Position numbers and translations under genes: made by a program. Positions 27,016-31,184 of a stretch of 31,184 nucleotides of DNA are shown here, one piece after another. The notes below the pieces were generated by a model. It made no database searches. It saw nothing but the letters and a program-made list of their open reading frames with translations, and was not told the origin of the DNA. The DNA is from Prochlorococcus sp. AG-679-M23 (GTDB lineage: Bacteria > Cyanobacteriota > Cyanobacteriia > PCC-6307 > Cyanobiaceae), in the NCBI GenBank assembly GCA_003208875.1, contig QCUR01000008.1:1-31184 (forward strand), in the 5' to 3' direction. Positions within the stretch are counted from its first letter, which is position 1, and every line of letters starts with the position of its first letter.

Positions 27016-28036
27016 AAGTATTTTAGTTACTGGAGCAGCTGGTTTTATTGGCTCTGCCTTAATAAAAAAGTTAATAATTGGAGGTCATAATGTAATTGGT
27101 ATTGATAATTTAAATTCGTATTATGATCCTGAATTAAAAAAAGAAAGATTAAGACAAATTGATTTAATTGCTAAATCGGTTCTGAAAAAATGGACTTTTA
27201 AGGAAGGCTTTATAGAAAATGTTTCGTTCCTAAAAAAAACTTTCGAAGAATATAATCCAAATATCGTAGTTAATTTGGCTGCCCAAGCAGGAGTAAGATA
27301 TTCACTAAAAAATCCCTCGACTTATATTCAAAGTAATCTGGTTGGTTTCGCAAATATATTAGAGGAAAGTTATAAAATGTCTGTTGATAATTTTATATTT
27401 GCTTCAAGCAGTTCTGTCTACGGGGGCAATAAAAAATTACCTTATAAGGAATCAGATTCAGTTAATCATCCAGTTAGTTTATATGCCGCTACAAAAAGAG
27501 CCAATGAATTGATAGCACATTCATATAGTCATCTTTATAAGATACCTTGTACTGGACTGAGGTTCTTTACTGTTTATGGACCTTGGGGTAGGCCTGATAT
27601 GGCTCCTATGATTTTTGCAGACTGTTTAATAAATAATAAGAAAATAAATATCTTCAATTATGGGAATATGGAGAGAGATTTTACTTATATCGATGATGTT
27701 GTTGAGGCTATTTATCGGTGTTGCTTTAAAGCCGCTAAACCCGTTAAAGAATTTGATTATCTGACCCCAAATCCTTCGGTTTCATACGCACCTTTTAAAC
27801 TATTTAATATTGGTAATAAAAAGCCTATAAATATCTTAAAATTTGTTGAAATACTTGAGGATGAATTGGGAATAAAGGGCCTAAAAGAATTTATGCCAAT
27901 ACAACCTGGGGATGTTGTTCAAACTGCAGCAGATACAGAGTTATTAGAGAATTGGATAAACTTTAAGCCCTCAACTCCCATAAAAAAAGGAATAAATATA
28001 TTTGCAAAATGGTACAAGGATTATTATGATTGTTAA
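27008..28036 (+). CDS. UDP-glucuronate 4-epimerase-like NAD-dependent epimerase
   Basis: TGAAGFIG, IDNLNSYYDPELK-x-x-R, LAAQAGVRYSL, ASSSSVYG, PVSLYAATK, LRFFTVYGPWGRPDMA, QPGDV. TTG start overlapping the PCP stop. Confidence 0.9.
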   Translation: MIKSILVTGAAGFIGSALIKKLIIGGHNVIGIDNLNSYYDPELKKERLRQIDLIAKSVLKKWTFKEGFIENVSFLKKTFEEYNPNIVVNLAAQAGVRYSLKNPSTYIQSNLVGFANILEESYKMSVDNFIFASSSSVYGGNKKLPYKESDSVNHPVSLYAATKRANELIAHSYSHLYKIPCTGLRFFTVYGPWGRPDMAPMIFADCLINNKKINIFNYGNMERDFTYIDDVVEAIYRCCFKAAKPVKEFDYLTPNPSVSYAPFKLFNIGNKKPINILKFVEILEDELGIKGLKEFMPIQPGDVVQTAADTELLENWINFKPSTPIKKGINIFAKWYKDYYDC

Positions 28037-28070
28037 TTATTTATTCGGTATCTATAGCAAATAAACTTAT

Positions 28071-29132
28071 ATGAGAATTTTAGTTACTGGCGGCGCTGGT
28101 TATATAGGCAGTCATACAGCTTTAAAACTACTAGAAAAAGGACATGATATTGATGTAATTGATTCATTTTGTAATAGCTTCCCTGAGTCATTAAAAAGAG
28201 TTGAACATCTAAATAAAAATTTAAAATCAAAGTTTAATTTGCACCAAGGTGACCTAAGGAATTATAGTTTTCTTCAAACAGTTTTTAAAGATTCTTTTGA
28301 AGAAAATAAACCAATTGACGCCGTTATTCACTTTGCTGGGTTAAAGTCTGTCTCTGAATCTATTAAATATCCAAAAAAGTATTGGGATTTTAATGTAAAT
28401 GGTTCTAAAAATCTTTTAAAAGTAATGGCAGATTTTGAATGTAAAAATATAGTGTTTAGTAGTAGTGCAACAGTTTATAAGTATTTAGGAATTAACGATT
28501 TGTTATCTGAGAATTCAACAATTAAACCGATTAACCCATATGGAGAAACAAAGTTTGAGGTAGAAAAGATTCTAGGGGATAAGTTTAAAAACCAAAAGAA
28601 TTGGAACATTTCAATCCTAAGATATTTCAATCCTATTGGAGCCCATTGCTCAGGATTAATAGGAGAGAACCCCTTGGGGACTCCAAACAATTTGTTTCCT
28701 ATTATTAGTAAAGTTGCCTTAGGTGAGATAGCGAAATTGGAAATTTATGGAAATAATTGGTTAACAAAGGATGGAACTGCCGTAAGAGACTATATACATG
28801 TAATGGACTTGGCTGATGCTCATTATTTAGCCCTAAAAAAATTAATGAAATTTGAATCAAAATTAATGATTTTAAATATTGGTACTGGTATTGGAACAAG
28901 TGTTCTTGATTTGGTGAAAACTTTTGAATTAGTAAATAAATGTAAAATCCCATATATTTTTTCTGAAAGAAGAGATGGGGATGTTCCTTATGTTGTTGCA
29001 GATAATACCTTGGCTTCTAAAATATTAAATTGGACGCCGCAGCGAAACATAAAAGAAATGTGTAAAGATGGTTGGAATTGGCAAAAGAAAAATCCAAATG
29101 GATATCATGAAAAATTGTTTCCAAGAAAATAA
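28071..29132 (+). CDS. galE: UDP-glucose 4-epimerase, copy 2 (canonical)
   Basis: TGGAGYIGSH, HFAGLKSVSES, FSSSATVY, PYGETK, LRYFNPIGAH, PNNL, DGTAVRDYIHV, NPNGY. Confidence 0.94.
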   Translation: MRILVTGGAGYIGSHTALKLLEKGHDIDVIDSFCNSFPESLKRVEHLNKNLKSKFNLHQGDLRNYSFLQTVFKDSFEENKPIDAVIHFAGLKSVSESIKYPKKYWDFNVNGSKNLLKVMADFECKNIVFSSSATVYKYLGINDLLSENSTIKPINPYGETKFEVEKILGDKFKNQKNWNISILRYFNPIGAHCSGLIGENPLGTPNNLFPIISKVALGEIAKLEIYGNNWLTKDGTAVRDYIHVMDLADAHYLALKKLMKFESKLMILNIGTGIGTSVLDLVKTFELVNKCKIPYIFSERRDGDVPYVVADNTLASKILNWTPQRNIKEMCKDGWNWQKKNPNGYHEKLFPRK

Positions 29133-29136
29133 CTTT

Positions 29137-30570
29137 TTAATTGATTATTGATCCGTCTCCAATTCTCCATAAATTTAAGTTAGCTTTTTTTACCTCTTCT
29201 TTTAGTAATATTGATCGAGCATCAAATACCCAAGATGGTTTTCTCATTTGAGATGCAATTTCCTCCCAATTTATTTTTGTATATTCTTCCCATTCAGTTA
29301 AAACTAATACAGCATCTGAACCCTCGGCAGCAGAAATTATATCCTCTTTAAACACCCAATTTCCTTCTGAATTTTCTGAAAGTTCATTCTCTAATATTTG
29401 GTTTTCTTTTCTACCTAAATCTTTTTCAATTTGTTTACTATCAACTTTTGGATCATGTATTTTTAAAATAGCGCCTTCTTCTAGTAAATCTTTACAGATA
29501 TTAATTGCTGCAGATTCTCTAGTATCGTTAGTTTCTGCTTTAAAAGCGAATCCTAGGATGCAAATTTTTTTACCTGTAATTGTCCCGAAAAGTTTTTTTA
29601 CAACTAATCGAGAAATCCTGTTTTGATGCCATTTATTAAGAGAAACTACACTTTCCCAGAAGTTTGCAACTTCTTCTAATCCAAAATAACTTGATAAGTA
29701 AACTAAATTAAGAATATCTTTTTTAAAACAACTTCCTCCAAATCCTGGGCCGGAGTCTAAAAACTTTGATCCAATTCTATTATCTTTACCTATAGCTCTA
29801 GCTACTTCTCTTACATCAGCTCCAGTTACTTCGCATAAAGCTCCTATTGAGTTAATTGAACTTACTCTTTGAGCAAGAAATGCATTTGCAGTTAATTTTG
29901 CTAATTCACTGCTCCAAATATTGGTGTGGAGAATTTTGTCTTCAGGAACCCAATTTCTATAAATATTACTAAGTAACTCCATAGCACTTTTATTTTCTCC
30001 TCCAATTAATACTCGATCAGGCTCTTCTAAATCCTTTACAGCAGAACCTTCAGAAAGAAATTCTGGATTAGATAAAACATCAAAACTTACTTGTGAGCCT
30101 TTGTTGTTAGAACTTTTAGCTGCCTCTAAGATATTTTTAATTACTTCAGCAGTTTTTACAGGCAATGTGCTTTTTTCTACTACAATAGTATGTCCGGTCG
30201 AGAATTCTGCAACTTCTCTAGCACATGCCTCAACCCATTTTAAATCACTAGCCTTTCCTGCTCCAATACCCTTTTTTTTTGTAGGAGTATTAACAGAGAT
30301 AAATATCATATCTGCAGAAGCTATATTTTTCTGAATATTGGAAGAAAAATGTAAATTTTTACCTCTGCATCTTTTGACTATTTTATCTAAACCAGGCTCG
30401 TAGATTGGTAAATCATTGAAATTAGGGCTATTCCATAAATCTATTCTTTCTTTATTGACGTCTACAACATTCACATTGATATTTGGACATCTATTCGCAA
30501 TTACTGACATGGTAGGACCTCCTACATAGCCTGCTCCAATGCAACATATATTTCTTATTGCCTTTATCAT
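29137..30570 (-). CDS. ugd: UDP-glucose 6-dehydrogenase
   Basis: ICCIGAGYVGGPT, VNTPT, VEKSTLP, SNPEFLSEG, KLTANAFLAQR, GFGGSCF-x-KD, GFAFK-x-x-T-x-DTRES. Confidence 0.96.
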   Translation of the reverse strand: MIKAIRNICCIGAGYVGGPTMSVIANRCPNINVNVVDVNKERIDLWNSPNFNDLPIYEPGLDKIVKRCRGKNLHFSSNIQKNIASADMIFISVNTPTKKKGIGAGKASDLKWVEACAREVAEFSTGHTIVVEKSTLPVKTAEVIKNILEAAKSSNNKGSQVSFDVLSNPEFLSEGSAVKDLEEPDRVLIGGENKSAMELLSNIYRNWVPEDKILHTNIWSSELAKLTANAFLAQRVSSINSIGALCEVTGADVREVARAIGKDNRIGSKFLDSGPGFGGSCFKKDILNLVYLSSYFGLEEVANFWESVVSLNKWHQNRISRLVVKKLFGTITGKKICILGFAFKAETNDTRESAAINICKDLLEEGAILKIHDPKVDSKQIEKDLGRKENQILENELSENSEGNWVFKEDIISAAEGSDAVLVLTEWEEYTKINWEEIASQMRKPSWVFDARSILLKEEVKKANLNLWRIGDGSIIN

Positions 30571-30582
30571 ATTTAAGATTTT

Positions 30583-31184
30583 TTAATTTGCTCGCCCATA
30601 AATATCTTCAAATCTAATAATATCATCCTCTCCAACGTAGGTCCCACTCTGAATTTCAATTATAACAAGCGGAATTTTACCGGGATTAGATAACCTATGC
30701 TTTTTGCCAAGAGGAATATAGGTACTTTGATTTTCATTTAAAAAATTAACTTTATCTTCAATTTCAACTTTTGCTCTTCCCTTTACCACAACCCAATGTT
30801 CAGATCTATGGTGATGCATTTGTAAAGACAATTCCCCACCTGGTTTTACCTCGATCATTTTTACTTGCCATCTTGTATCTTCGGCAATAGTAATGTAGTT
30901 ACCCCATGGGCGATATATTTTTGAATGCTTCTCGGCCTCAGGATATTCTCTTGCTTTTAGAATATTTACGATATCTTTTACTTTTTGCGTTTGTGATTTA
31001 TCTGAAATTAAAACTGCATCATTAGTTTCTACAGCAATGAGGTTTTTAAGTCCTATTCCAACTAAAAGTCTATTTTCGCTACTCAAAAAGCAATTACTAG
31101 AAAAATGACTTATTGCTCTTCCTTTAATGTAATTGCCATTACTATCTTTTTCAGAATTATCCCAAATTGCTTGCCAGCTTCCAA
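30583..31184 (-). CDS. manC: Mannose-1-phosphate guanylyltransferase / mannose-6-phosphate isomerase (5' part outside the window)
   Basis: Frame stays open past the track's TTG at 31086 to the window edge (GSWQAIWDNSEKDSNGNYIKG...). Cupin C-terminus YRPWG, LSLQMHHHRSEHWVVV, IEIQSG-x-Y-x-GEDDI-x-RFED-x-YGR. Confidence 0.93.
   Translation of the reverse strand, partial: GSWQAIWDNSEKDSNGNYIKGRAISHFSSNCFLSSENRLLVGIGLKNLIAVETNDAVLISDKSQTQKVKDIVNILKAREYPEAEKHSKIYRPWGNYITIAEDTRWQVKMIEVKPGGELSLQMHHHRSEHWVVVKGRAKVEIEDKVNFLNENQSTYIPLGKKHRLSNPGKIPLVIIEIQSGTYVGEDDIIRFEDIYGRAN

Larger units (their letters stand above)
1..31184. other. Surface polysaccharide biosynthesis genomic island (likely Prochlorococcus-type hypervariable island)
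   Basis: Every assignable CDS belongs to nucleotide-sugar, glycosyltransferase, glycan export or tailoring families. Very AT-rich, and the cluster continues past both edges. Confidence 0.85.

Noticed and set aside
2338..30280. Poly-A/poly-T runs of 7-9 nt inside CDSs as phase-variation tracts
   Set aside because: Expected at this AT content (Lys/Phe codons); no frameshifted genes and no long poly-G/C tracts.
22164..30334. ORFs 22164-22367, 22781-23116, 24141-24413, 26337-26762, 28475-28690, 28705-28953 and 30101-30334
   Set aside because: Antisense to real genes, with shadow-like composition and no independent evidence.
30583..31086. 167-aa stand-alone cupin as given by the ORF track
   Set aside because: The frame is open to the window edge and includes the ManC GSW motif, so it is the 3' part of manC, not a separate gene or pseudogene.
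1..31184. Mobile element, invertase-driven shufflon or integron-like cassette array explaining the strand switches
   Set aside because: No recombinase or transposase gene, and by eye no shared repeat or att-like sequence among the intergenic regions.
1..31184. CRISPR array, tRNA, rRNA or anti-phage defence genes
   Set aside because: No repeat-spacer periodicity, no GC-rich structured RNA stretch, and all assignable CDSs fit glycan-related families.

Overview
Very AT-rich, gene-dense window filled by one surface-polysaccharide (LPS O-antigen/capsule/EPS) biosynthesis island. Base composition, short intergenic spaces and the style of the ugd, manC, gmd, fcl, galE, OPX and PCP proteins suggest a high-light Prochlorococcus-type marine picocyanobacterium (inference). 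There are 27 CDSs, two truncated by the window edges: a DUF268-like methyltransferase at left (missing from the ORF track) and manC at right. Content: (1) nucleotide-sugar supply for GDP-Man/GDP-L-Fuc (manC, gmd, fcl), UDP-GlcA/GalA (ugd, uronate 4-epimerase), UDP-Gal (two galE), an orphan rfbB, and a GDP-D,D-heptose pathway (gmhA, hddA, fused hddC-gmhB); (2) six glycosyltransferases or GT-like proteins and a priming phosphoglycosyl transferase; (3) assembly/export by a PglK/HepA-like ABC flippase, a Wzy-like membrane protein, an OPX protein and a kinase-less co-polymerase; (4) tailoring by an AsnB amidotransferase, two methyltransferases and a metallo-beta-lactamase-fold protein. That last protein resembles the catalytic domain of CMP-Neu5Ac hydroxylase (CMAH)/NamH and is the best novelty candidate. 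Architecture is a mosaic with eight strand switches, convergent genes meeting at 0-38 bp with no terminators, and TGn-TAnnnT extended -10 motifs upstream of seven genes. I saw no integrase, IS, tRNA, rRNA or CRISPR array.
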